DNA of 64,000 nt from Spirochaetia bacterium (GTDB lineage Bacteria; Spirochaetota; Spirochaetia; DSM-2461): assembly GCA_963666985.2 (NCBI GenBank), contig CAXXIA010000002.1:1408001-1472000 (forward strand). The letters run 5' to 3'. Below the pieces are notes generated by a model, which searched no databases, had not been told where the DNA came from, and saw only the letters and a list, made by a program, of their open reading frames with translations. Positions 40,651 to 50,643 of the stretch are shown in pieces. A program made the position numbers and the translations under genes. Position 1 is the first letter of the stretch; each line of letters starts with the position of its first letter.

Positions 40651-43149
40651 TCAGGATCTGAGGATCTTTTTCACTTCCGCCTGAAGCGCGGGGAATTCCA
40701 CCGAAAGCCGCTCCAGACCAACACGGGCCGCTTCGGCATCCTGAGCATTGCCGGCATTCTCCAGTTCGGCCCCGGCTTCTCCGCAGCGCATCATGTCCAT
40801 GTTCCGACAGCTTCCCTTTATGGCGTGGCCGGTGGTGCGGATGGTCTCGAAGTCGCCGTCGGCGAAGGCCCGGTTCAGTTCGTTCAATTGGTCTTCCATT
40901 TTCGTCATAAGCGGTTTAAGAAGGCTTTTTACGGTGTCCGAGCTGCCGAGGAAGGTGGCGACCGCGGCATTATAATCGAAAACGGAAAAATCGGGATAAG
41001 CGCTTTCATATCCTTCGGGAGTCCGAGAAGAAAGGGGCTGAGGCGGTGCGGCGGAAGATGATGCCGTTTCGACTCTTCCCGCGGAAGACGCGGAGGCGCG
41101 GGAATCCGAGTTATCGCCGATTTCCGCGGATTCCGCGGACTCCCTCTTGGAAGCCGGCGGTTTTTGTACGGCGGCAGGACGGCCGAACGAAGATTTATAG
41201 CGTTCTATGGCACCGAGGATATCGACCTGCTTGAACGGCTTAGTTACCAAATCATCCATACCGCAGGCTTCGCATTTCTTCCGTTCTTCCGCAAGAGCAC
41301 TGGCAGTAACGGCGATGATGGGTCCTTCGTAACCGGACTCCCTGATGTTCTTGGTGGATTGATATCCGTTCATCACGGGCATCTGGCAATCCATGAACAC
41401 CAAATCGGGATGCTCCCGCACGGCGAGTTCCCAGGCCTCTTTCCCATTGGCGGCTTCCAATACCTCGTGACCGTTTTTCGCCAGAATCGCCTGCAGAAGC
41501 TTCCGATTGACCTCATGATCTTCCGCGATAAGGATGCGATACGCCGAAACAGCAGAAAGTTCCTCTACGGCGTTGAGTTCCTCAAGTTCTTCCAGTTCTT
41601 CGGCCAGCTCCAAATCCATATCACGGCTGAGCAGCCTGAAAACAGCGGCGGCCAATTCGTTTTGCCGGAACGGTTTCGTCAGGTAGAAATCGAACCAGCC
41701 GAGAAGTTTCATCTTCGCCTCAACCGCCCCGCGACCGCCTTTCATGGACATCAGGATCATTCTCGGAGCATTAAGCAAAGGATCTGACTGAACTTCGCTG
41801 GCGAATTGCCATCCGTCCATTTGCGGCATGGTTTGATCGACGATAACCAGTTCATAGGGCTGCGAGCCGGACTTCATCATAAAGAGGGCTTCCCGTCCTC
41901 CGCCGGCTTCGTCCACCCCAAGGCCCCATGCCTTTAGGATTCTGCCGAGCCTGTCCCGAATCGTGTCGTTATCATCAATTACCAGAACCCGCCTGCCGCC
42001 GAAAAACGCTTCGGGAATAACGGGAGTCTTAATGCCTCCGTCGGCTCTCTCAAATTCCAATTCGAAAAAGAAGGTGGATCCTTTCCCGGGTTCGCTGGAG
42101 AAGGACAGGTTTCCGCTCATCTGGGAAACGATGCTTCGGGAAATAAACAGCCCGAGGCCCGTACCGCCGAACCGGCGGGTCGTGGAACTGTCGGCCTGGT
42201 GAAAGGCCTGAAAAAGATGCTGCTGCTTTTCCGGCTCGATGCCGATTCCCGAATCGATAACGGAAAACTTCAGCCGAACCTTTTCTTCATCGATATCAAG
42301 AGTTTCAACATCCAGAACAACTTGTCCTTCGTGCGTAAATTTCACGGCGTTGTTGATGAGATTGATAATAACCTGACGTAATCTCGTAGGATCGCCGACG
42401 ATTTTATAGGGAACTCTCTGATCGATGAAAAGCCCGATGTCGACGTTTTTTTTATGCGCCTCCAGGGTTACAAGGTCGGTCGCGTCCTCAAGCATCTCAA
42501 AGAGATCGAATTCGGTCATCTCCATACGGAGCTTACCCGCTTCAATCTTCGAGAAATCCAGAATGTCGTTAATCAGCGTAAGAAGAACATCCGCCGCGAA
42601 ACGAATTTGCCCCAGATATTCCTTTTGTTCCTGATCCAATGATGTTTCATTCAGCAATTCGGACATCCCGATGACCGTATGAATCGGCGTCCGAATCTCA
42701 TGGCTGGTATTCGCAAGAAACTCACTCTTGGATTCCGTGGCTTTTTCAGCCTCGTCTTTCGCGTGAATGAGTTTCATCTCCAGACGTTTCTGGCCGGTGA
42801 TATCCGCGATCTGAACAAGAAACGCGCCGGAGGAATCCTGTTTGCCGAGCGAGAGGAACGACAGTCGAACCCAGCGATCGGGCATTCCGCTCGCAACCAG
42901 CTTCAATATAAGCCGATGCTTCCCCAGCCGATCCGATAAAAACCGTGAAAGTCCGGAAGACCACGCCTCGTAGTACGACGGATGAACCAAAGAATCGAAT
43001 CTTTGTATGGGTCCTTCACCGATACCGGTTAATTCCCGAAAAGTCTCGTTGCAATCCAGGATTTCAATTTGCGGACCGACTAAGGCGACTCCTTCGGAAT
43101 ATTTCTCCATGGTCTCGGCAAAATCAAGTTTATCAAACGGTCGGTGCAT
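40651..43149 (-). CDS. Hybrid sensor histidine kinase (PAS-HisKA-HATPase-REC-REC-Hpt), cytoplasmic
   Basis: H-box FLANTSHEIRTP, NAVKFT, DSGIGI, GGTGLGL, two receiver domains and Hpt motif GHAIKGS. Confidence 0.93.
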   Translation of the reverse strand: MHRPFDKLDFAETMEKYSEGVALVGPQIEILDCNETFRELTGIGEGPIQRFDSLVHPSYYEAWSSGLSRFLSDRLGKHRLILKLVASGMPDRWVRLSFLSLGKQDSSGAFLVQIADITGQKRLEMKLIHAKDEAEKATESKSEFLANTSHEIRTPIHTVIGMSELLNETSLDQEQKEYLGQIRFAADVLLTLINDILDFSKIEAGKLRMEMTEFDLFEMLEDATDLVTLEAHKKNVDIGLFIDQRVPYKIVGDPTRLRQVIINLINNAVKFTHEGQVVLDVETLDIDEEKVRLKFSVIDSGIGIEPEKQQHLFQAFHQADSSTTRRFGGTGLGLFISRSIVSQMSGNLSFSSEPGKGSTFFFELEFERADGGIKTPVIPEAFFGGRRVLVIDDNDTIRDRLGRILKAWGLGVDEAGGGREALFMMKSGSQPYELVIVDQTMPQMDGWQFASEVQSDPLLNAPRMILMSMKGGRGAVEAKMKLLGWFDFYLTKPFRQNELAAAVFRLLSRDMDLELAEELEELEELNAVEELSAVSAYRILIAEDHEVNRKLLQAILAKNGHEVLEAANGKEAWELAVREHPDLVFMDCQMPVMNGYQSTKNIRESGYEGPIIAVTASALAEERKKCEACGMDDLVTKPFKQVDILGAIERYKSSFGRPAAVQKPPASKRESAESAEIGDNSDSRASASSAGRVETASSSAAPPQPLSSRTPEGYESAYPDFSVFDYNAAVATFLGSSDTVKSLLKPLMTKMEDQLNELNRAFADGDFETIRTTGHAIKGSCRNMDMMRCGEAGAELENAGNAQDAEAARVGLERLSVEFPALQAEVKKILRS

Positions 43150-43150
43150 A

Positions 43151-44398
43151 TCAGAAGTTTGCTCCGAGTATTTCCGCCGCCTTGGTTAATATTTCATCCG
43201 GTTTTACGGGTTTAATCAGGTAGCTGTTCACTCCGAATTCCCGCGCTTTAACAACGCTTTCCTTCCGCGAAAGAGCCGTAAGTATGATTGTGGGGATTTC
43301 GATGCTTTGGCCGTTCATCATCTGCAGAACGGCGAAACCGTTCATATCCGGCATCATAAGATCAAGAAAAAGCAAATCGAACGTCTTTTGCTCTTCCAAA
43401 GCTTCAACAAACTTAAGGCCGTTTTCAAAGGGAGTAACATCCCATCCGGTATCGGCGAAGGAACTCTTTATAATCTCTCGGACGATCATGTCGTCGTCCA
43501 CAACAGCCACATGCACCCGGCCCAAATGCGACAGACTGCTTTCTCTGCCTTCTTTCTCAAAATTCAACTGGAAAGCTTCCTGCTGAAACTCCTGTTTCGC
43601 GGAAAAAAACCGTTCCTGGACATTATCTTGTTCGGCGGTAAGCGATTCCATACCCTTAATGCCGAGCAGCCCGTCCATGGCCTCTTCAAGGGCTCCCACC
43701 ACCTCTATTTCATGGAGATTGGGATTCTTGGAAAGATATTTTTTAATTCCCTCGGAAACCGTTAATACCCGAATCCTATTGGGCTTCGTGACGAATTCGA
43801 GTACTTCGAGAAGAAGTGTTTCGAGTTTATTCCGATCTTCGCTTCGGAACTCGATATCGGTCATCAATATCAGGATCCTGGGATCTTCAACGGAATAAAG
43901 ACGAATCAGTTCCGCTATTTTATATCTGAGGAGATTAATCTTTTCACGGTTAAACCCACGCGCTATTTCAACGAAAAGAATTTGGTCGTTCAAATGCGCA
44001 TCAAGAATGCATGGCGTTTCATCAATTTCCACGGCGATATGAAGAATTTCAGTCAACGCGCTCAGCAGGGCGTCGATTCGAACGGGCTTGTTCAGGATTT
44101 TTTTCACACCCAAACGCGCGATTTCCATCACCTGATTTTTCTCAAGTTTCGAAATGGTCATAATCACCGGAATATTCCCAACGTTGGGATCGCTGGCCAT
44201 GGACTTCAGGATGTCCATGCTGCTCTTCCGCGTCAGGAAGTAATCCATGATGATCAAATCCGGAGATTGCTGACGGATTTTACTCCATCCGTCGAGGCCG
44301 TTTATCGCCAGCTTCACATCGAAGCCGTATTCCTGCAGCTGCTTGCTTAAAAAATCTCTGAGTAAAGAGGAATCATTGATCACCAGTATGGATTTCAT
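43151..44398 (-). CDS. Response regulator with N- and C-terminal receiver domains
   Basis: ILVINDS...DLIIMD...KP and VVDDD...LFLDLMMPDMNG...KP; no DNA-binding domain recognised. Confidence 0.88.
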   Translation of the reverse strand: MKSILVINDSSLLRDFLSKQLQEYGFDVKLAINGLDGWSKIRQQSPDLIIMDYFLTRKSSMDILKSMASDPNVGNIPVIMTISKLEKNQVMEIARLGVKKILNKPVRIDALLSALTEILHIAVEIDETPCILDAHLNDQILFVEIARGFNREKINLLRYKIAELIRLYSVEDPRILILMTDIEFRSEDRNKLETLLLEVLEFVTKPNRIRVLTVSEGIKKYLSKNPNLHEIEVVGALEEAMDGLLGIKGMESLTAEQDNVQERFFSAKQEFQQEAFQLNFEKEGRESSLSHLGRVHVAVVDDDMIVREIIKSSFADTGWDVTPFENGLKFVEALEEQKTFDLLFLDLMMPDMNGFAVLQMMNGQSIEIPTIILTALSRKESVVKAREFGVNSYLIKPVKPDEILTKAAEILGANF

Positions 44399-44464
44399 AG
44401 TTCCATTATATTCATGAATGGCTGAACTGTGGAAAGGTTTATCGCCTTTAGCCATAATAATGAA

Positions 44465-45658
44465 ATGATTCCGGATCCATTGCTGGAAACTTCCGGCTCG
44501 GCTGATTCACTCACGCTTGAAAAAGCACTCTTTTCCAAACGCCGCTTCAGATGGAGAGAAGGCGAACGGGAATTGATTGCCCGATACAGCTGGGATTCCG
44601 ACGGACGGCAGACAGCCGAAGAACGGGACGCCGAAAGCCACCTGTTTGCCTATGATAAAAAAGGCCGGCGGACAGCCCGATATCGATTGGATTCGGACGG
44701 ACGGGTTACCGAAAGAGAAATATGGGAATGGGACGGAAAGGATCGGAAAACCCGCCGGATTCTCAGATGCGCCGAGAATCCCGAAGAGCAGGAATGGATC
44801 TACGAGCACGACGATTCCGGCCGGATGACGGCCGAACGTAAAGACAAAAAAATCCGTGTTGAAAAAAGAGACGGCGAAGGACGCATTGTCCGGGAATACC
44901 TGTATGACGGTGAAAACGCCGATTTAACAACCGACTACTCCTACGATTCGGACGGCCGACTGATTGAAGCGGTGATAAAAGACCCCGACGGCGCCATCCA
45001 GCGGAAAACCGTATATACATGGGATCAGGAAGGCCGGCCGGCTTCACTGCAGGTAACCGATTCGCGCGGTAAGATTATCAGGGACGAATCGTACGCATAC
45101 GGCGCCGTCCATGGTAAGCGATGGCTTGAGCGGGTTACATGGATTCCCGACGGCGGAAGGAAGGGCAAAAAACGTCCGCGGGAGGTTATCTACCGTTCCT
45201 TTACGTTCGGATCGGCCGAAACACGAGCCGATCGGGAACCGGAAGAAATACGTGCTTACTCAAACGGCGTTTACCGCGGACCTCTTTTGGGAGATAAACC
45301 GGAAGGAACCGGGATTTTTCAATATAATGATGAGAGCCGATACGAAGGAGATTTCCGCAACGGCGTGATGGAAGGCCGAGGCCGTCTTACATGGCCCGAC
45401 GGCCGAATAATGGAAGGGAACTTCAGCGGAGGTCTGCTGGAAGGAGACGGATTCTGCGTATGGGAGGACGGAAGCCGGTACGGCGGCCGGTTCCGAAACG
45501 GACGCATGCACGGACCGGGAACGTTCACCTGGGCGGACGGCACGCAATTCGAGGGCCTCTTCGAAAACGGAACACGGACGGATCAGGGCGTTTGGGAGCG
45601 GCCCGATGCAAAAGCATCGGCATCCCGAGCTCCGAACCGGACCGATACGGAAGGATAA
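44465..45658 (+). CDS. YD-like repeat plus MORN repeat protein
   Basis: N-terminal YDKKGR/YDSDGR/WDQEGR repeats; C-terminal MORN repeats such as YEGDFRNGVMEGRGRLTWPDG. Confidence 0.78.
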   Translation: MIPDPLLETSGSADSLTLEKALFSKRRFRWREGERELIARYSWDSDGRQTAEERDAESHLFAYDKKGRRTARYRLDSDGRVTEREIWEWDGKDRKTRRILRCAENPEEQEWIYEHDDSGRMTAERKDKKIRVEKRDGEGRIVREYLYDGENADLTTDYSYDSDGRLIEAVIKDPDGAIQRKTVYTWDQEGRPASLQVTDSRGKIIRDESYAYGAVHGKRWLERVTWIPDGGRKGKKRPREVIYRSFTFGSAETRADREPEEIRAYSNGVYRGPLLGDKPEGTGIFQYNDESRYEGDFRNGVMEGRGRLTWPDGRIMEGNFSGGLLEGDGFCVWEDGSRYGGRFRNGRMHGPGTFTWADGTQFEGLFENGTRTDQGVWERPDAKASASRAPNRTDTEG

Positions 45659-45664
45659 TTACCG

Positions 45665-46321
45665 ATGAAACCGAAATGTCTTGTCCTCGATCATGACGAC
45701 ACAGCCGTCGACAGCACCGCTTCGGTGCATTACCCGGCTCACCTGGAGGTTATGAAGCGGCTGAGGCCCGACATGCCGATAATAGATCTGGATGAATGGT
45801 TCGAAAAGAATTTCCATCCGGGCATCATGACCTTTTTTACGGAAGAACTCGCTCTTTCACCGGAGGAAATGGAAGAAGAATACCGTATCTGGCAGGAATT
45901 CAACGCGGAACGGAATCCGCCGTTCTACGACGGATTGCCCGGGCTCCTTTCGGAGTACATCGCGGCGGGAGGAATCCTCGCGGTGGTATCCCATTCAACC
46001 GAAGAAAACATCCGCCGACATTACAGCCACGGCGCTCCGGGCGTGGAGCCCCGTTTCGTTTTCGGCTGGGATTATGCACCGGAAAAACGAAAGCCTTCCC
46101 CCTGGCCCATCCTGAAGATTCTCGAAGAGACGGGATTGGACGCCTCCGATGTGCTGGTTGTTGATGATTTGAAGCCGGGTGTTGAAATGGCCCGCGCCGC
46201 CGGAACGCGGGTGGCCGCCGCCGGGTGGGGGCACGCCGTGCCGTCCATTCGGAAAGCGATGGAAGATCTTTGCGATTTTTGGCTCCCGGATATTGCCGCT
46301 CTGCGGGCGCTGGTACTCTGA
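45665..46321 (+). CDS. HAD-superfamily hydrolase
   Basis: LDHDDTAVDS, VVSHS, KPSP and VVDDLKPG motifs. Confidence 0.87.
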   Translation: MKPKCLVLDHDDTAVDSTASVHYPAHLEVMKRLRPDMPIIDLDEWFEKNFHPGIMTFFTEELALSPEEMEEEYRIWQEFNAERNPPFYDGLPGLLSEYIAAGGILAVVSHSTEENIRRHYSHGAPGVEPRFVFGWDYAPEKRKPSPWPILKILEETGLDASDVLVVDDLKPGVEMARAAGTRVAAAGWGHAVPSIRKAMEDLCDFWLPDIAALRALVL

Positions 46322-46353
46322 ATTCGAGACGAAGAAGACAAGGAGTAGGATTC

Positions 46354-46662
46354 ATGTTCGATGACTATGAATGGAATGTAACGGAGGGCATAGGGAATCC
46401 CGAAGATCTGACTCTGCTCTCGCTCTCCACATGCGGTTTTTGCGCCGGAGCCCGCCGATACCTCACCGATCGCGGCCTCGCGTTTCGGTACCTGCAGCTC
46501 GATACAATCCCGGACGAGGATAAAACAAAGCTGAAAGAAGACTTTCGCAAGGCATTCGGCCGCCGTCCTTCGTTCCCGACGCTGGTAATCGACGGAGAAA
46601 GGTATCTCATCGGCTTCATTAAGAAACATTGGGACGAAGAAGTCCGTCCCGAAGACCTTTAA
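46354..46662 (+). CDS. Glutaredoxin-like protein
   Basis: STCGFC, SFPTLVID and IGF motifs; AGGAG RBS. Confidence 0.87.
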   Translation: MFDDYEWNVTEGIGNPEDLTLLSLSTCGFCAGARRYLTDRGLAFRYLQLDTIPDEDKTKLKEDFRKAFGRRPSFPTLVIDGERYLIGFIKKHWDEEVRPEDL

Positions 46663-46665
46663 ACC

Positions 46666-46992
46666 ATGACGAACACGAAAGAATTTGCCCGAAAAGCCGC
46701 TGAAAAAAACGGCTGGGTTCTTCAGCCCGATAAGGATTTTTTGAAATCGATCCTCGCGGGACTCGATGCCACAAGAAAAAAGCACGGATACTTCCTCTGC
46801 CCCTGCCGGGAAGGCTGGGGAGAGAAAGATCAAGACCGGGATATCATCTGCCCATGCCGCTACGCCCATATCGATATTGAACAATACGGACAATGCTATT
46901 GCGGGCTGTTCCTGTCTGAGGAAAAAGCGTCTTCAGGCGAGGCTCCCGTATCCATCCCCGACAGCCGCCCCGAAGAACTCTATCCGGACTGA
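46666..46992 (+). CDS. Ferredoxin:thioredoxin reductase catalytic subunit-like protein
   Basis: CPCR, ICPC and CYCGLF motifs; adjacent to glutaredoxin. Confidence 0.9.
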   Translation: MTNTKEFARKAAEKNGWVLQPDKDFLKSILAGLDATRKKHGYFLCPCREGWGEKDQDRDIICPCRYAHIDIEQYGQCYCGLFLSEEKASSGEAPVSIPDSRPEELYPD

Positions 46993-47151
46993 CAAACCGA
47001 AGCGGCCGACCGATGGACTGGGGTATCGCCGAGCCTGTTCGGCGAACCATTCGGCCGTCCGAATTGAAAAGAGATTGAACCGCAATAATGAATTATTCCG
47101 CCGGGCGAATAAGACGATCTTCACAGACCGCCGAGAATCCCGCGATCCGGA

Positions 47152-47484
47152 TCAGTCGTCCAGAGAAATCTCGCCGAGATCGGCCAATTGCTTAATCGCT
47201 TCGTCTTTCTGATTAACCTTGGTTTTCTTAACGGCCTTTCGAAGAACGTTGGCCCACTGCTTCTCGGGAAGCTCAAGTTTCAGATCCTCAAGGAGTTCGA
47301 GGATCTCTTCGCTCATTTCAATGTTATAAATCTTCTCGGCGTCGTGGAAAAACAGATCGGCGAACTCGTTGATAAAATCCCCGGGTGACCGATCCTCACG
47401 CTGTCCCTTTCTCTCCAGTACCATTTCCCGTTTCCGGGCTTTTTTAATTTCCCTATCTCTACGTGCTAAGTCGGTACTTTTCAT
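47152..47484 (-). CDS. Hypothetical charged protein
   Basis: 110-aa ORF with an AGGAG RBS. Confidence 0.72.
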   Translation of the reverse strand: MKSTDLARRDREIKKARKREMVLERKGQREDRSPGDFINEFADLFFHDAEKIYNIEMSEEILELLEDLKLELPEKQWANVLRKAVKKTKVNQKDEAIKQLADLGEISLDD

Positions 47485-47557
47485 GACATTAACTCCTGAA
47501 TTGCAGATGAGATAATACTGCTGAGATGAGGAAAGGGCAAGGTAACTTACAAGACTG

Positions 47558-48220
47558 TCAGAATCCCGCGGTGGTTAGGGCGTTTCCGTCATGAATCCCC
47601 CAAAGGGGCTGGAAATCATCGCCGATCAATGCCGCCGAAATAAGAATATCCTCATAATCGATTCGAGCGTAATAAGGCCGATAAACGTTTTCCGCCGTTA
47701 AGATGCGAACAACATATCCGCCGCGGTATGACTGCGAAACTTCATCCGCGACCGAAGGATTCTCAGGGTAGGTGCGGACAATCTCATCATAAAGTTCCTC
47801 GGGTGCCCTTTCCAGAAGAAACGAAATCCGAATACCGCCGCTTTCATACTCATAAATCCATTTTTCCGGATTCTCATCGGGCAGATTTTTCAGCTTCGCC
47901 GAAGCCGGTTCAAAACGGGAGGTACCGAAAGCGCGATTTAAGGCCATCTCTTCGGCTCTGCCGGATGAGACCAAATACGCCGTTAATCCGTCGAGATCTC
48001 CAACCTCCAAGCTCCCGTACCGGCCGAAAGATCCGAGCTTCACGGAAAAAACGACGCCGCGGTACACGCTTCTTCCGAAAAGCCCGTCGTCGAAATCCCG
48101 ATAAATGGTCACCGCCGGATCATCCCCGATCTTCAAAGGACCTTTGGCTTCCGCGGCCGCCGTCAGCAGCACAAGCAATGCCGCGGCCGCTCCGATTCGT
48201 TTATTCCATGAACGTGACAT
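47558..48220 (-). CDS. Hypothetical secreted protein
   Basis: Signal peptide AAAALLVLLTAAAEA; overlaps the upstream gene end. Confidence 0.65.
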   Translation of the reverse strand: MSRSWNKRIGAAAALLVLLTAAAEAKGPLKIGDDPAVTIYRDFDDGLFGRSVYRGVVFSVKLGSFGRYGSLEVGDLDGLTAYLVSSGRAEEMALNRAFGTSRFEPASAKLKNLPDENPEKWIYEYESGGIRISFLLERAPEELYDEIVRTYPENPSVADEVSQSYRGGYVVRILTAENVYRPYYARIDYEDILISAALIGDDFQPLWGIHDGNALTTAGF

Positions 48221-48992
48221 AGTCGTACCCCGCTGCGGTGAAAATCTCGGTAAGAAAAGACCGGGCTTCTTTTTCGGCCGCGTCCAAAAGTCCTCCCTTA
48301 AGGGCCATTTCCCGCAGACTCGGTTCCAGAGTATCGGTCAGAAGCCGCCATTCTTCGGGAGAAAGAGGAACATCGGGAAATCCTTCGGATGCGGCGTTCC
48401 TGTCGCGGACAATAAAGGAAAGCACCCTAACCGGAGGCGGAACGATTTCAAGCCCTCGGGAGCCGTTTTCAGTTTCAACGATTCGAATGCCTTCAACATC
48501 TCCGCCGGGCTCCGCGGCGGTAAAGCCGGACATCCAAGCCTCCAAATCCATCCCGGCCCGAACCTCCGCGGAAAGAACGACGAATCGGTAATCCGGTTTT
48601 CCCGGATCGATACCGACTTTACGGCAAAGATTATAGATTTCCGCATAGCGCCAAGCCTCCGGAACCCGGCCGCCGGGATGCCAGGACGGGTCGGCCTTCC
48701 GGAGGAAAAAATCGGGCGCCCGGTCGTATTGAAGTTTTAAATAAGCCCAGTCGGCCTCATCATCGCCTATAAAATCAAAAGGGAACACAATCTTCATGTC
48801 ATAGACGGCACTTTCAAGTTCTTCAAGACTGCGAATTTCTTCCAGAATGGACCAGGATGCCGAGGTTTTCTTCGGCGCAAAGATTCCGCCGGAGGGCCAT
48901 CCTTGAACCTTCCACGCAAAAAAAAGGAAAGAGGCGGCGATGATGACCAGAAGAAGCATCGGCGCCAGAAGAACGCGGCGGGACTTAGCCAT
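48201..48992 (-). CDS. Membrane-anchored DUF4230-like protein
   Basis: N-terminal TM helix; IRSLEELES, VRAGMDL and C-terminal GGLLDAAEKEA..FL..IF.AAGY.YVTF pattern. Confidence 0.62.
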   Translation of the reverse strand: MAKSRRVLLAPMLLLVIIAASFLFFAWKVQGWPSGGIFAPKKTSASWSILEEIRSLEELESAVYDMKIVFPFDFIGDDEADWAYLKLQYDRAPDFFLRKADPSWHPGGRVPEAWRYAEIYNLCRKVGIDPGKPDYRFVVLSAEVRAGMDLEAWMSGFTAAEPGGDVEGIRIVETENGSRGLEIVPPPVRVLSFIVRDRNAASEGFPDVPLSPEEWRLLTDTLEPSLREMALKGGLLDAAEKEARSFLTEIFTAAGYDYVTFME

Positions 48993-49677
48993 TCCCGCCT
49001 CCTTCGGACACGCTTTTTCCCGAGGCATTCTCCGGTTCATTCTTATCGGAGCCGCCCGTAGTTGATGCATCGGCCTTATCCGTCTTCAGAGGCGGTCCGA
49101 AGATAACCTCGCCGCCTTCACCCAGGTTCAGAATTCTCGCTACGGCGTTTCGAGCGTTCTCTTCCGCTCTTTCCAGGATTCCGCCTTCCAAAGCGGACCG
49201 ACGATTCTCCTCTCCCTGAGCGATTACCTGGGGCATATAATCCCCCATGAGAACCGGATTCAACACCGCGGATTCTTTAAGAAACATCTGGTGAATGGAC
49301 GACTCATCGGCATCCCAGGAGAAAACCTCCGCAGGCGGCATCCGAACCTCCAGAATGTCCCCCGGAAGTTCCCGGATTTCCAATCCGCGGGAAAAGTCCA
49401 CACCGGCGACAACATTGTATTCCAAGGTAAACAGAACCTGTTTCCCGCCGAGCCAAAAGTTTTTTTCCTCAACGTAGATAACGGAACGGTATGTCTGGCT
49501 TACCGTTTTCAAACGCCTCAAATCGCGAAGTCTGGCTTCCATAACATCGACGCGGCTCTCATCTCCGCCGGACCCGCGGAGAATATGGAAACCGGCTCCC
49601 GCCAGAAGAACAGTGAGAATGATAAGAATGATCTCGAAAGATCCTATGCGGAACTTACGACGATTCGGCGACGCCAT
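48985..49677 (-). CDS. Membrane-anchored DUF4230 domain protein
   Basis: N-terminal TM helix; VVAGVDFS, VRMPPAEV and GILERAEENA patterns. Confidence 0.72.
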   Translation of the reverse strand: MASPNRRKFRIGSFEIILIILTVLLAGAGFHILRGSGGDESRVDVMEARLRDLRRLKTVSQTYRSVIYVEEKNFWLGGKQVLFTLEYNVVAGVDFSRGLEIRELPGDILEVRMPPAEVFSWDADESSIHQMFLKESAVLNPVLMGDYMPQVIAQGEENRRSALEGGILERAEENARNAVARILNLGEGGEVIFGPPLKTDKADASTTGGSDKNEPENASGKSVSEGGGNG

Positions 49678-49778
49678 AATTCATTATGGCTCCGGTCCGG
49701 AGGCTTAGCAAACCCGGAAATTCGAAAATCGGCCGCTTCCAACGGACAAACGGGTTTGAAACACCGGCCGCGCGATCC

Positions 49779-50411
49779 TCACACAGACGCAAGAACCTGT
49801 TCAAAAAACGGCCGATAATCTATGCCGCCGGGAAGCGCTGTTGTTCCGGAATCCAGACGCATCCGGAAATCCGCGATTAAATTCTCCAAAGCCGAAGCAA
49901 GCCCGAGCCCATGCTCCGGGCGGGATTTCAGCCGCTTCGGAATGCCTCCGGACGCCAGAATAAGCGCGGCCTCCACTTGCTGAACGGGCTGCGCCTCTCC
50001 CGATTCGGGGAAGGAGAAATCCGAAATCACCGGACAATTCAGAACCGCGGCAAGGGAGGCATCCAAATCCGCTCCCAATCCCTCCATGGACGCGGCCTCG
50101 TCGGGATACCGCGTTTCGAACAGACAGAGAAACGCCGCCGCGGCCCAGGTAACGAATCGGAGGGCATCCGTTTTTACATCCGCATCGAGAGAATCCGGAT
50201 TTCGGGACGAAGAAAAACTCCCGTCGGGACGCTGAGAGGCCATAAGGGACCGGGCATATCCGGCAAGAACTTCAAGCCCGTATTCCGGAGGCAGACGATT
50301 CTCGGAGAACGCCTCCAATACGCCTCGAAGCCGTCCGCTGACGGCCGCCAAATGTTCGTACTCGTTATCTTCCGCTGCAGTGAATTTCCGGGGCAGTATC
50401 ATGGAATGCAT
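49779..50411 (-). CDS. Hypothetical protein
   Basis: 210-aa helical ORF with one prenyltransferase-repeat-like QRPDGSF motif. Confidence 0.6.
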   Translation of the reverse strand: MHSMILPRKFTAAEDNEYEHLAAVSGRLRGVLEAFSENRLPPEYGLEVLAGYARSLMASQRPDGSFSSSRNPDSLDADVKTDALRFVTWAAAAFLCLFETRYPDEAASMEGLGADLDASLAAVLNCPVISDFSFPESGEAQPVQQVEAALILASGGIPKRLKSRPEHGLGLASALENLIADFRMRLDSGTTALPGGIDYRPFFEQVLASV

Positions 50412-50463
50412 TGTAAGAACTCGCGCTCGCTCTGGCTATAGAATCTCCCGTATCGGGCCGGAC

Positions 50464-50500
50464 GGGCGGCAATCGCAGGGCGGCAATCGCAGGGCGGCAA
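50464..50500. repeat. 14-bp tandem repeat (GGGCGGCAATCGCA, about 2.6 copies)
   Basis: Exact direct repeats in an intergenic region. Confidence 0.85.
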
Positions 50501-50643
50501 AAAACCTCGCTAACGATTATTCCATCGGAAACCCGCGGCAGCGCGGCGTTATCGGGATTCCGGCGGATATCTTCATCCGCGGATTGCCGCCGCCGAGAAC
50601 CGGCCTTACGCGCCAAAATCGGCGATTCCGGCCGCACGCCTTC

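Noticed and set aside
44465..45658. RHS toxin
   Set aside because: Too short, no PxxxxDPxG core motif, no toxin domain or immunity gene.
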